Positions 31,695 to 42,083 of a stretch of 64,000 nucleotides of DNA are shown piece after piece. The position numbers and the translations under genes were made by a program. The DNA comes from an uncultured Phycisphaerales bacterium. GTDB taxonomy: Bacteria; Planctomycetota; Phycisphaerae; Tepidisphaerales; Tepidisphaeraceae. A model generated the notes under the pieces. The model was not told the DNA's origin and ran no database searches. It saw nothing but the letters and a program-made list of their open reading frames with translations. Where the stretch lies: contig CAVWLP010000002.1 of the NCBI GenBank assembly GCA_963755915.1, positions 512,001 to 576,000 on the forward strand, given 5' to 3'. The first letter of the stretch is position 1. The number at the start of each line of letters is the position of its first letter.

Positions 31695-33608
31695 TCAGGG
31701 AGAGAGACGTTTCCAGAGTTGCTGGGCTTCGGGAAGGGTGGGATCGATTTCCAGGGCGGCGCGGCATTGGGCGCGGGCTTCGTCGGGGTGTCCGATGGAT
31801 AACAGGGCGATGGCGAGATTTGTGCGGATGTCGGCGCGGTTGGGGTCCGAAATTACGGCTGCGAAGTAATGGGGGATGGCGAGGTCGGGGCGATTTTTCG
31901 CGGTTAATAAGAGGTTGGCGGATTTGAATTGGGCTTCGACGTTGTCGGGGCGGCGGGCGGCGGCTTCGAGGTATTCGGCGAGGGCTTCGTCGGTGTGGCC
32001 CTGGGCCATCAGGGCGTCGGCGTAGTGGACGCGGGCTTCGGCGTAGCCGGGGTCGAGGGAGAGGGCTTGTTGGTACCAGGCGATGGCGTCGTCGATTTTG
32101 TTTTCGCGCATGAGGAGCATTCCCATGCTGTTCATGGCGATCGTGAACTGGGGGGCGAGATGAAGGGCCTGTGCGAATTCTGATTGGGCGGCGGGGAGAT
32201 CGTTGTCGTATTCTTTGACGATGCCCCACTTCAAATGGGCCAAGGGTTGATCGGGGGCTAGCTGGTATAGACGGGAATAATCGGCGCGGGATTCGGCTCG
32301 ATCAGCATCGCGCTGGGAGCGGGGAAGATCGGGGCGGTTGGAGAGGGCGGCGTATTCGTCGCCGAGGTTGCCCCAGGCCATCCAGCTTGTGGGGTTGCGC
32401 TGGGTGACATCGGTCCAGAGGACGAGTTGGTTCTGGTAGAGGTAGCCCTGTCGCCAGGTGAGCGTGATCAGGGCGGCGAGGATGAGCGCGCAACCCAGAG
32501 GGCGGAGGCGGCGGATGGCGATGGCGGCGAGGACTATAAGGCCGATGCTGGCGTGGTATTGGAAATGGTCGGCGACGAAGGAATAGCGCATGGGGTAGAG
32601 GTTGATGAAGCCGAGGGCGGGGAGGAGTGTGCCGGCGAAGAAGAGGACGGCGACGAGGGGGCCGCGGGTGATGCGATTTCGGAGAAGGTAGAGCGCGGCG
32701 ATCACGGCGAGGGCGCTTAGGGGGAAGAGAATCAGCCAGGGGCGCTGGTGGAAATTCATTTCGAGCCAGCGGGGGTAGATGAAGATCAACGGGTGGGGCC
32801 ACGCGAGCTTTGCGGCGTAGAACCAGAGTGCGCGGCCAGCAATGAGGCAGCGATCGAGCTTTGTGAAGTTCCATTCGGGGCCGGTTGCGCCGACGTGGGC
32901 GGCTTCGATGTGGGACGTGACGTAAGCCATCACGGCGCCGAGGGCGAAGAAGGGGATGAGCCGAAGGATGTCGCGAAGTTTTATGCGGCCGTTCTTCCAG
33001 TAGAGGACCAGGAGGATGGCGGCGGGGAGGGAACAGGTGACGGATTTGCTGAGGAGGGCGGCGATGAAGAGTAGTAGCGCGATTAAGTAATCCAAAGCGC
33101 GGGAGCGACTGCGGAAATTCAAATAGGCGTGAAAGGAGAGGAGATAGAAGACGAGCGAGAGGACATTTTTTCGCTCGGTGGGCCAGGCGACGGATTCAAC
33201 CTGCACAGGGTGAAGTGCGAAGATAGCGGCGGCGAGCCAGGGGGCGGGGACGTTGAGGCGGGCGAGGGCACGCCAGAGGAGGACGGAGGCGAGGGCGTGC
33301 AGGAGGATGTTGTCGAGATGGAATAGGAAAGGGTGTAGGCCGGAGAGGTGGTATTCGAGCCAGAAAGTTGTGTGGACGAGGGGGTAATACTGCGGGAGGG
33401 CTGAGGGGTGGATCCAGATGGCGAGGAGTCCGGGCCAGGTGCGGAGGAGGGGATTGCCGGTGATGTACTGGGGGTCATCCCAGATGAAGCCGGCGGTGCG
33501 CAGGACGGGGATATAGGCGATGAGGACGAGGAAGAAGATCGCGGCCGCACGCACGAGATCAGGGGGGGAATCGCCGGGGGTCCAACGTGCGGTGCGGGCG
33601 AGGGTCAT
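31695..33608 (-). CDS. TMTC-like membrane protein O-mannosyltransferase with TPR repeats
   Basis: FIWDD, YYPL, HPVQVESVAW, ALLSK and ADHFQY motifs; C-terminal TPRs. Confidence 0.8.
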   Translation of the reverse strand: MTLARTARWTPGDSPPDLVRAAAIFFLVLIAYIPVLRTAGFIWDDPQYITGNPLLRTWPGLLAIWIHPSALPQYYPLVHTTFWLEYHLSGLHPFLFHLDNILLHALASVLLWRALARLNVPAPWLAAAIFALHPVQVESVAWPTERKNVLSLVFYLLSFHAYLNFRSRSRALDYLIALLLFIAALLSKSVTCSLPAAILLVLYWKNGRIKLRDILRLIPFFALGAVMAYVTSHIEAAHVGATGPEWNFTKLDRCLIAGRALWFYAAKLAWPHPLIFIYPRWLEMNFHQRPWLILFPLSALAVIAALYLLRNRITRGPLVAVLFFAGTLLPALGFINLYPMRYSFVADHFQYHASIGLIVLAAIAIRRLRPLGCALILAALITLTWRQGYLYQNQLVLWTDVTQRNPTSWMAWGNLGDEYAALSNRPDLPRSQRDADRAESRADYSRLYQLAPDQPLAHLKWGIVKEYDNDLPAAQSEFAQALHLAPQFTIAMNSMGMLLMRENKIDDAIAWYQQALSLDPGYAEARVHYADALMAQGHTDEALAEYLEAAARRPDNVEAQFKSANLLLTAKNRPDLAIPHYFAAVISDPNRADIRTNLAIALLSIGHPDEARAQCRAALEIDPTLPEAQQLWKRLSP

Positions 33609-33695
33609 TTGAGGGAACTAATATCGCATGAACCCTCGCCCGCTAGTAGAGGTAGAGACGGTCAGAATGTCGCCACTGGACAATTATGTGGGCAT

Positions 33696-33911
33696 TTATG
33701 CCGTGTGGACGAAGGCAAAAATGACGCTGATGACGGCCAGGACGAGGAAGACCCAGAGGAGGGTCTGGCCGATGCCGGCGCTGAGGCCGGCCATTCCGCG
33801 TGCGCCAAGGGCGTAGGCGAGAATAGCGATGATGAAAAAGACCACCGCGAGGGATACCAGCCCCATCGGGAAGACCTGGGCGAGAGTGCCAATTGAGAGT
33901 ATGGTCAGCAT
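33696..33911 (-). CDS. DUF1328 (UPF0391/YtjA-like) small membrane protein
   Basis: AVVFFIIAILAYALGARGMAG...LLWVFLVLAVIS; AGGAG RBS. Confidence 0.8.
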   Translation of the reverse strand: MLTILSIGTLAQVFPMGLVSLAVVFFIIAILAYALGARGMAGLSAGIGQTLLWVFLVLAVISVIFAFVHTA

Positions 33912-33946
33912 AACTTCTCCTTGTTGAGGAACGTTGGAAGGAGATA

Positions 33947-33962
33947 TGCAATGGGCGTGCCG
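33947..33962 (-). promoter_or_regulatory. Sigma54 (-24/-12) promoter
   Basis: Minus strand CGGCACGCCCATTGCA (GG-N10-GC), 35 bp upstream of the DUF1328 start. Confidence 0.7.
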
Positions 33963-34015
33963 CGCTGCGCGAGAGAGTGGAGATGTAGAAAGTAGAAAGA
34001 GGGGAAGGGGAAAAA

Positions 34016-34750
34016 CTACCTCTGTATTGTGGGCCAGAGGGCGGCGGTGCAGAGCTTGTGACCGATGCGGTCGAGGATTTCGACGCTGCGTACCTGGCGG
34101 AAGCCGGCGAGAACTTCCCTTGTGGCGAGGAGGGTTTCAAAGAGCTCGAGATCTTTGTCGAGGACGTCGCGGGATTCGTTGAAGACGATGAGGAGGAGTG
34201 CGGCTTCGAAGATGCGCGGTTCGGCGTCCATTTTTTGGAGGTCGGCGACGACGGCGTTGCGCCATTGGGAGCCGTAGCCGTGGTGGCGGACGCCGCCCTC
34301 GCGAAACTGGTAGGCGATTTTTACTTCGAGCCAAAGGGCTTCTTCGGGCGTGGCGAGATTTGTCGGATCGAAGAGCGTGGGGGGAGCGGAGTCGAGGCGA
34401 AGGGGGCGGCCCAGGGGAGTCAGGACCATGTCGCAGCGCTGGCGGTGGGAGAGTTTTTTGCCGATCGTGGAGGGGTAGTGGATTTCGCGAGCGACCTGGT
34501 AATGCGTGGCGAGGCGCTCGGCGAGGAGGGATTGGAGCTGGCGCTCGTCGCGGACGTCGAGGCCGTAGACGGCCTGTTCGAGGCGGAGCTCGCTTTCGGC
34601 GGTTAAGAGAATTTTGTGGAGGCGGTCGATGAGATCGAGGAGATCCCAGCGCGGATGGCGGAGGGGCTCAGAAGAAGATTCGACAGGTGATAATGGAGAT
34701 GAGTAATCCAAGTGCGGTTCCGGCAAGCACATCGCTGGGCCAGTGGGCAT
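34016..34750 (-). CDS. Hypothetical protein, possible PD-(D/E)XK fold; true start probably near 34660
   Basis: REIHY...RCDMVL...WLEVK. Coding-like composition. The called 5' end overlaps the PAP2 gene. Confidence 0.55.
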   Translation of the reverse strand: MPTGPAMCLPEPHLDYSSPLSPVESSSEPLRHPRWDLLDLIDRLHKILLTAESELRLEQAVYGLDVRDERQLQSLLAERLATHYQVAREIHYPSTIGKKLSHRQRCDMVLTPLGRPLRLDSAPPTLFDPTNLATPEEALWLEVKIAYQFREGGVRHHGYGSQWRNAVVADLQKMDAEPRIFEAALLLIVFNESRDVLDKDLELFETLLATREVLAGFRQVRSVEILDRIGHKLCTAALWPTIQR

Positions 34751-35231
34751 CCATGATATAGCGAAGGACGGCGCAAAGGATGGCCAATCCCCAGAAAGTT
34801 GGGGCGCCGGCGGGATAAGCGGCGGCGAGGATGCCGGCGTAGGCCATGGCGCCGGCGCTATGGCTGGAGGGAAAACTTTCGCGATAGTTGGCGTGTCGGA
34901 AGGAGGGTCCGAGCCATTTGCCGGCGTGCTCGCTGCGCGGGCGGGCGCGGCCGAGGAGGCGTTTGGTAACGGTGGCGATAATCGTCGTGCCTATCACGGA
35001 CGTCCAGAGCGCTTCGCAGATTCGAAAGCCGTGGGCCTTGTCGATCTGCCAAATGAGAAGCGCGGTGATGAAGGTGCAGACGAGCTGGCCGTATTGGGCG
35101 ACGAAACGGGATTCCCGTTTGACGTCGCCCTTGAAGGAGAGGGTAAGGGTAGTCCGCAGACCGGTGCGTTCCAGGAACATCATGCCTGCGCTGGCGAGGG
35201 AGAGGGTCACGACGATGAGGATCGGGAGCAT
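34668..35231 (-). CDS. PAP2-family phosphatase
   Basis: KRLLGRARP, SFPSSH and RYIMDAHWPSDVLAG motifs. Confidence 0.92.
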   Translation of the reverse strand: MLPILIVVTLSLASAGMMFLERTGLRTTLTLSFKGDVKRESRFVAQYGQLVCTFITALLIWQIDKAHGFRICEALWTSVIGTTIIATVTKRLLGRARPRSEHAGKWLGPSFRHANYRESFPSSHSAGAMAYAGILAAAYPAGAPTFWGLAILCAVLRYIMDAHWPSDVLAGTALGLLISIITCRIFF

Positions 35232-35321
35232 TTGTGAGGGGAAAAGTACGGGGTGAATGGGGTTAGGTAAAGGGGCTGGGGATTTGGCGTTCGACGTTTG
35301 GGCCATTACCTTTTGCGGGCA

Positions 35322-36974
35322 ATGGCGCGGTCGGTGCGGTTTTGGAAAATCTTTGGCTTAATTCTGATTGGGGCGGGGTTGATCTATTTTGCGGGGGCGC
35401 AGCGGGTGCCGCTGTGGGATCGGGATGAGCCCTGGTATGCGCAGTGTTCGCGGGAGATGCTTCAGAGCGGGGACTGGGTGGTGCCGAGATTTTTAGGGGA
35501 ATGGCGGGCGGAAAAGCCGCCGATGATTTACTGGTGCCAGGCGGCGGTGATGGCGGTGGCGGGGGATACCGGGGAGGCGGCACGATTTCCCTCGACGGTG
35601 GCGGTGCTTTTGACGGCGCTGCTGCTTGGGGTGGTGGTTCGGAAATTTACCGGGGATTTGCGGGCGATCTGGACAGTGGTGATTTTCTGCACGTGTGGGC
35701 TGGTCGTGGCGGGGGCGAAATTCTGCATCACGGATGGGGTGCTGCTGTTTTTTATTTTCGTGGGACAGGCGGCGATGGCGGTGATGTATTGGGCGGCCAG
35801 AGCCGGCAGGCGTGGGCCGGGGTGGGCGGCGCCGGTGTTTTGGATTGCGCTGGGGGTGGGGGGAATTACCAAGGGGCCGCAGGCGCTGGGGATGTATGCT
35901 TTTACGCTGGCGATTTTGCTGGTGCTGGAGGGGAAGAATTGGAAGAGGGGATTTCGGTGGTGGCGGGAGTTTAAGCCGGTGATCGGGTTGCCGATTCTGG
36001 CGATTGTGGTTTTGCCGTGGCTGGTGATGGTGCACGAGCGGGCGCCGGAGTTCATTTCGACGCTGTTTTTGAAGGCGAAGCTGCATGCGTCGCAGAGCAT
36101 GGAGGGGCATGGGAAGCCGCCGGGGTATCACACGATTTTGATCTTCGGGACGTTTTATCCGTGGAGTCTGCTGCTGCCGACGATGGTGGTGACGGCGTGG
36201 AAGCATCGGCGGACGCCGATGATTAGGTTTGCGATCGCGTCGGTGGCGGGGCCGTGGCTGATGATGGAGCTGGTGTATACGAAGTTGCCGTTTTATGTGC
36301 TGCCGGCGTTTCCGGGGCTGGCGTTTTTGACGGCGGACGCCGTTGTCCGATGCATTCGGAATAAGGGGCGGGATCTGCGCAATGGCGGGTTTGTTGCGAT
36401 GCTGACGGTGTGGGCGCTGGCGACGGTAGGGCTGGGGATTGTGCCATGGGTGTCGCTGGCGGCGGTGAAGGCGGATCAGCTTCCGATTCAGCAGTTTGTG
36501 GTTTTTGGGGTGGCGGCGGTGGTTTATGCGGGGGTGGTATTTTTGCGATTTTTACAGGGGAACGTGATGCGGGCGGCGGTGGCGATGGCGGGGGGAATGG
36601 GGATCATGATGCTGTTTCTTTATACGGCCCTGTTTCCGAGGATGAGCTTTCTGCATCTTTCGCAGCGGCTGGCGGAAGATTTGACGCAGTTGGGGGCTTA
36701 TGGGGCGGACGTACATGTGGCGATGATCGGATATGACGAGCCGAGTTTGGCGTTTTATCAGGGGGGAGGGGCGAGGAAGTATGATGTTTACTATCTGGAG
36801 ATTATGCCTCGCAGCCAGTGGCCGAAGTGGCTGGTGATTGCAGATGATGAGGGTGACTGGGGACAGTTATCGGAGCGATTGCGAGGCGAGCTGGAGCTTC
36901 GCGAGGTGGAAACGGGGCTGGATTATTCGCGTGGGGGGAAGATGGTGCGGGTGCTGATTCTGGAGAGTCGATAA
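35322..36974 (+). CDS. ArnT/PMT-like GT-C glycosyltransferase
   Basis: DRDEPWYAQCSREM, EKPP, KGP and TKLPFYVLPAFP motifs; multiple TMs. Confidence 0.88.
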   Translation: MARSVRFWKIFGLILIGAGLIYFAGAQRVPLWDRDEPWYAQCSREMLQSGDWVVPRFLGEWRAEKPPMIYWCQAAVMAVAGDTGEAARFPSTVAVLLTALLLGVVVRKFTGDLRAIWTVVIFCTCGLVVAGAKFCITDGVLLFFIFVGQAAMAVMYWAARAGRRGPGWAAPVFWIALGVGGITKGPQALGMYAFTLAILLVLEGKNWKRGFRWWREFKPVIGLPILAIVVLPWLVMVHERAPEFISTLFLKAKLHASQSMEGHGKPPGYHTILIFGTFYPWSLLLPTMVVTAWKHRRTPMIRFAIASVAGPWLMMELVYTKLPFYVLPAFPGLAFLTADAVVRCIRNKGRDLRNGGFVAMLTVWALATVGLGIVPWVSLAAVKADQLPIQQFVVFGVAAVVYAGVVFLRFLQGNVMRAAVAMAGGMGIMMLFLYTALFPRMSFLHLSQRLAEDLTQLGAYGADVHVAMIGYDEPSLAFYQGGGARKYDVYYLEIMPRSQWPKWLVIADDEGDWGQLSERLRGELELREVETGLDYSRGGKMVRVLILESR

Positions 36975-37051
36975 GGGGCGAATTAGCAGAGATTAAGGGA
37001 ATGGTTAGGGGGGTCGCGACGAATATAAAGATCGTTATACTTGCGATTGAA

Positions 37052-38152
37052 ATGAGCGAGCCGCGGAAAATTCTCGTGGTGCAGCCGAGCTGGGTGGGGG
37101 ATGCGGTGATGGCGACGCCGGCGCTTCGGGCGATTCGCGAGCAATTTCCTCAGGCGCATATCGCGTACATGATGAAGCGGTATGTGAAGCCGATTTATAC
37201 GGGGCTGCCGTGGGCGGATCAGTTGATTACCTACCGGTCGGGGAAGACGGAAAAGAAGGCGGGGAAGGGGCTGTTTGATCTGGCGAGAAGGTTGCGCGGG
37301 GCGAAGTTTGATCTGGCGATTATTCTGCCGAACTCTTTTCAGACGGCGCTGATCTGCAAGATGGCCAATATTCCCCGGGTGGTGGGGTATGACCGGGACG
37401 GGCGGGGATTTTTGCTGTCGGACAAGCTGCTGCCGCGGAAGGAAAAGGGGAAATTTGTTCCGACGCCGATTTTAAAGACATATTTGGGGCTGGCGCATTA
37501 TCTGGGGAGCCAGGGGCGGGACCTTTCGATGAAGCTGTTTGTGACGGAGTCAGAGAAGCGGGAAGCCAGCGCGGTTTTGGAATCGGCGGGGTTGGCGGGG
37601 GATTTGGAACGGCCGGCGGCAGCGGGGAAGGCGCCGCTGATATTTATGAATCCGGGGGCGCAGTTTGGGTCGGCGAAATGCTGGCTGCCGGAATATTTCG
37701 CGGCATTGTCGGACCGGCTGATCGAGGAGCTGGGGGCGACGGTTTTGCTGAGCGGGGCACCGCGGGAGAGGCGGATCGTGGAGACGATCTATCGGCTGAT
37801 GAAGCATGCGCCGGTGGATCTGCTGGCGAAGGGGTCGACGCTGGGATCGCTGAAGGAGATCGTGCGACGGTGCGATTTGATGATTACGAATGATACGGGC
37901 CCGCGGCATATTGCTGCGGCGTTTGATGTGCCGGTGATTACGCTCTTTGGGCCGACGCATCCGGAGTGGACGGAAATTTATTTCCCGAAGGAGCGGAAGC
38001 TGGCGGTGAAGGTTTTCTGCGGGCCGTGCCAGAAGAAGACTTGTCCGCTGGATCATCGGTGCATGACAAGGCTGACGCCGGAGATGGTGTTTGAGGCGGC
38101 GGTGGGGATGTTGGGGCAGAAGGGGGCAGCGCCGGCGGTGCCGGTCGTTTAG
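37052..38152 (+). CDS. waaF: Lipopolysaccharide heptosyltransferase II (GT9)
   Basis: PSWVGDAVM, LPNSF, NPGAQFGSAKCW, NDTGPRHIAAA and LFGPT motifs. Confidence 0.88.
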   Translation: MSEPRKILVVQPSWVGDAVMATPALRAIREQFPQAHIAYMMKRYVKPIYTGLPWADQLITYRSGKTEKKAGKGLFDLARRLRGAKFDLAIILPNSFQTALICKMANIPRVVGYDRDGRGFLLSDKLLPRKEKGKFVPTPILKTYLGLAHYLGSQGRDLSMKLFVTESEKREASAVLESAGLAGDLERPAAAGKAPLIFMNPGAQFGSAKCWLPEYFAALSDRLIEELGATVLLSGAPRERRIVETIYRLMKHAPVDLLAKGSTLGSLKEIVRRCDLMITNDTGPRHIAAAFDVPVITLFGPTHPEWTEIYFPKERKLAVKVFCGPCQKKTCPLDHRCMTRLTPEMVFEAAVGMLGQKGAAPAVPVV

Positions 38153-38154
38153 CG

Positions 38155-38265
38155 AGAAATCCGAAACCAGAATCAAACCAGAATGACGAATGACTAAATG
38201 GTTATCATTTGGTCATTCGTCATTTAGATTTGATTCGGGATTCTGGTTTCGGGCTTCTGGTTTCG
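38155..38265. repeat. Palindromic heptamer-repeat block
   Basis: GAAATCC/GAAACCA/GAATGAC units followed by their reverse complements. Confidence 0.8.
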
Positions 38266-38304
38266 CGCGGTTGCCTTCGCATCAAATGAGTCTAAAATCC
38301 GCGA

Positions 38305-41117
38305 ATGATCTACCGTATAGACGTTCGTGCGCGGAGGGGGCGGGCGATCCGCTGGGGGAATCGATTCGGCAGCAGATTCGGGAGATGGGGAAAAATGTGG
38401 AGTCGGTGCGGACTGCGCGGATTTTTTTGCTGGATACGGATGCGGATCTCGCGGCGGTGCGGCGGATCGCGGAGGAACTGCTGGGGGACCCGGTGGTGGA
38501 ATCGGCTAAGGTTTTTCAGGGTGGGACGAACGGGCAGGCGGGGAGCCGGATTGAAGTGCATCTGAAGCCGGGAGTGATGGACCCGGTGGCGGCGAGCACG
38601 GAAATGGCAGTGCGCGATCTGGGGATCGAAGTGCGGCAGGTGCGGACGGGGCGGGCGTGTTTGATTTCGCCGCAGATGAAAATCGAGGAGCTGCGGGAGA
38701 TCGCGGGACGGGTGCTGGCCAATGGGGTGATTGAGACGGTTTGTTTTGAGCCCTTTGTGCCGAAGGAATTTGAGACGGGGCGGGCGAGCGCGTTTGAGAT
38801 TCGGCGGGTGAGTGTTCGGGAGCTTTCGGAGGCGCAGCTTGCGAAGCTGAGCCGGGAGGGGCATCTATTTCTATCGATAGCGGAGATGAAGGCGATTCAG
38901 GAATATTTTCGTGGCCAGGGGCGGGAGCCTACGGATATTGAGTTGGAGACGCTGGCGCAGACGTGGAGCGAGCACTGCGTACACAAGACGCTGAAGAGCG
39001 GCGTGGATGTGGAAGTGAGGGATGAGAGCGGGAAGCGGGTGGGGAGCCGGAAATATTCGAACCTGATCAAGGAGACGATTTTCGCGAGCACGATGGAGAT
39101 TATGAAACGCGACGGCGGGGAGCCGTTTTGTCTCTCCGTGTTTACGGACAATGCGGGGGTGGTGGCGTTTGATGAGGAGGATGCGATTTGCTTTAAGGCG
39201 GAGACGCATAACCATCCCAGCGCGATTGAGCCGTATGGGGGGAGCGCGACGGGGGCGGGGGGCGTGATTCGGGATGTGCTGGGGACGGGGCTGGCGGCGC
39301 GGCCGGTGGCGAATACGGATGTGTTTTGCGTGGCGTTTGCGGATGGGAAGCGTGGCGCGCTGCCGAAGGGGATCATTCATCCGCGGCGGATTTTGCAGCA
39401 GGTGGTAGCGGGCGTGCGCGATTATGGGAATCGGATGGGGATTCCGACCGTGAACGGGGCGGTTTATTTTGACGAGCGATATTTGGGAAATCCGCTGGTG
39501 TTTTGCGGGTGCGTGGGGCTGATTCCGCGGGATAAGATTCGCAAGGCGGCGAAGAGCGGGGATGCGATTGTGCTATTGGGGGGACGAACGGGGCGGGATG
39601 GGATTCATGGGGCGACTTTTTCCAGCGCGGAATTGACGCATACGCATGCGGACGAGTTTTCGCATGCGGTGCAGATTGGGAATGCGATCACGGAAAAGAA
39701 GATGGCGGATGTGATTTTGGCGGCGCGGGATCGGGGGCTGTTTAATGCGATCACGGATTGCGGGGCGGGTGGGCTTTCTTCGGCCGTGGGGGAGATGGGG
39801 GAGAAGACGGGGGCGGTCGTTGAACTGGAGAAGGTGCCGCTGAAGTATGCGGGGTTGCGGTATGACGAGATCTGGATCAGCGAGGCGCAGGAGCGAATGG
39901 TGCTGGCGGCGGCAGCGGAAAATGTAGACGAACTTTTAGAGATGGCGCGTGAGGAGGATGTTGAGGCGACGGTGATTGGGAGATTTGGGACGGAGAATCA
40001 AGAACTGATTCTGAATTATGGGGGGCGGGAAGTTGGGCGGATGTCGATGGATTTTGTGCATGGGGGGATTCCGATGCCGGTGCGGAAGGCGGTGGTGAGT
40101 TCCCAGGGACATTCCGCCGGTGGGGACACCGGCGGCACTGGGGACGGGAATTTTCGTCTGGAGACGGCGTTGCTGGAGGCGCTGGCGCATCCGAATATTG
40201 CGAGTAAGCATTGGGTGATCCGGCAATACGACCACGAGGTGCAGGGTGGGTCGGTGGTGAAGCCGCTGGTGGGGCCTGGGCAGGTGGGGCCTTCGGATGC
40301 GGCGGTGTTGAGGCCCAAGCTTTCGAGCGGGAAGGGAATAGCACTTGCGTGCGGGATGTGTCCGCAGATTGAAGATGCGTACGAGATGGCGGTGGCGTCG
40401 ATCGACGAGGCGATTCGGAATGTGGTGGCGGTCGGGGCGGATCCGGATCGGGTGGCGATTCTCGATAATTTTTGCTGGCCCAGCGTGGAGGATGAGATCA
40501 CGATGGGGACGCTGGTGCGGGCGTGCGAGGCTTGCCGGGATGCGGCGCTGGCGTTTGGGATTCCGTTCATCAGCGGGAAGGATTCGCTGAATAATCAGTT
40601 CACCAATGGGGAAACCGGCGAAGTGATACGGATTCCGCGGACGCTGCTGATCAGCGCGATCGGGATTCTGGAGGATGTGCGGAAGTGCGTCACGATGGAT
40701 TTTAAGGGGGCGGGGAATCGGGTGATGCTCGTCGCGGCGAAGGATCCGGCGGATTTGACGGCGCTGGGGAAACTGCATCGGGGGATGGCGCGGTTGATTG
40801 GTTCGGGGAAAGTCGCCGCGTGCCATGATGTGAGCGATGGAGGGATCGCGGTGGCGGCGGCGGAGATGTGCATCGGGTCGGGGATGGGATTGGCGGTTAT
40901 GCCGGGAATATTTGCCGGCGAGACGGCGCTGGCGGAGAGTCCTGGGCGGTATATCGTGGAGCTGCGAGGCGGGGATTCGATTTCGGCGGAATTTTCGGAG
41001 GTGGCGAACGTGACTGAACTGGGCGCGGTTCAGGCGGCGCCTGTGCTGGAGTTTGACGGCGTAAAGCTGGGGGTCGATCAATTAACCGCGGCATGGCGCG
41101 GAACACTGGACTGGTGA
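38305..41117 (+). CDS. purL: Phosphoribosylformylglycinamidine synthase PurL with N-terminal PurS-like repeats; frameshift near 38330
   Basis: QTWSEHC, ETHNHPSAIEP, GRDGIHGA, DCGAGG, SEAQERM, QYDHEV and HDVSDGG motifs. Start MIYRIDVR lies in another frame. Confidence 0.96.
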
Positions 41118-41121
41118 AATT

Positions 41122-41985
41122 ATGAGCGACCGCTTTGTACTGGTGACGGGCAGCAGCACCGGGATCGGCAAGGCATGCGCGATGTATCTGTCCCGCAATG
41201 GGTTCGTGCCGATCGCGGGGGTGAGGCGGGAGGAGGATGCAAAAAAGCTGGAGCTGATCGCGGGCGACAAGGTGCGATGGGTGATCCTCGATGTCACGAG
41301 TTCGGAATCGATCAACGCGGCGGCGAAAAAGATTGAGGAAATCTGCGGGGACGCTGGATTGTGCGGAGTGGTGAACAACGCGGGAATCGGCGTGCATGGG
41401 CCGGTGGAATTTGTTCCGATGGAGGATTGGCGGAAGCAGTTTGACGTGAACGTTTTCGGTCAGGTGATGGTGACGCAGGCGATGCTGCCGCTGGTTCGGA
41501 AATATGTTTCGTCGAATGGATATGGGTCGGGGCGGATTATTTTTATCGGGTCGATCGCCGGGCGGGTGTCGATGCCAATCATGGCGCCTTACTGCGCTTC
41601 GAAGCATGCGATTGCGGCAATCGCGGGCTCACTGCGGATCGAGCTGGCGGGGCAGGGGATTTATGTGAGCCTGATTGAGCCGGGGGCGATTCAGTCGGAG
41701 ATCTGGCGCAAAGGGGAGGAATTTTCGGAGACCATTCCGCCGGATGCGCCGGCGCGGGTGAATTATGGGCCGATGATCGATGCGGTGATCGGAACGTCGC
41801 AGAAGTCGGCGGCGGGGGCGATTCCGGCGGAGGCGGTGGCGAAGGTGGTTGAGCGGTGCCTGACGGCGGAGAAACCACCGAAGCGGAAACTGGTTGGGAA
41901 CGACGCGGTGATGGCGGCGATTGCGAGGCGATTTTTGCCGGAGGGGTGGTTTGAGGGGATGCTTCGGAAGGCGATCAAGGTTTAA
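41122..41985 (+). CDS. Short-chain dehydrogenase/reductase
   Basis: TGSSTGIG, NNAG and YCASK motifs. Confidence 0.93.
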   Translation: MSDRFVLVTGSSTGIGKACAMYLSRNGFVPIAGVRREEDAKKLELIAGDKVRWVILDVTSSESINAAAKKIEEICGDAGLCGVVNNAGIGVHGPVEFVPMEDWRKQFDVNVFGQVMVTQAMLPLVRKYVSSNGYGSGRIIFIGSIAGRVSMPIMAPYCASKHAIAAIAGSLRIELAGQGIYVSLIEPGAIQSEIWRKGEEFSETIPPDAPARVNYGPMIDAVIGTSQKSAAGAIPAEAVAKVVERCLTAEKPPKRKLVGNDAVMAAIARRFLPEGWFEGMLRKAIKV

Positions 41986-42083
41986 GTGGTTTTTGCCGGG
42001 GATGCGAGCAGAAATACTTTGAATCGTGGGACTGCGGGCGATAAAATGACGGCCGTAGGGCGGTTGCTTAAGGGAGGCTCAAA

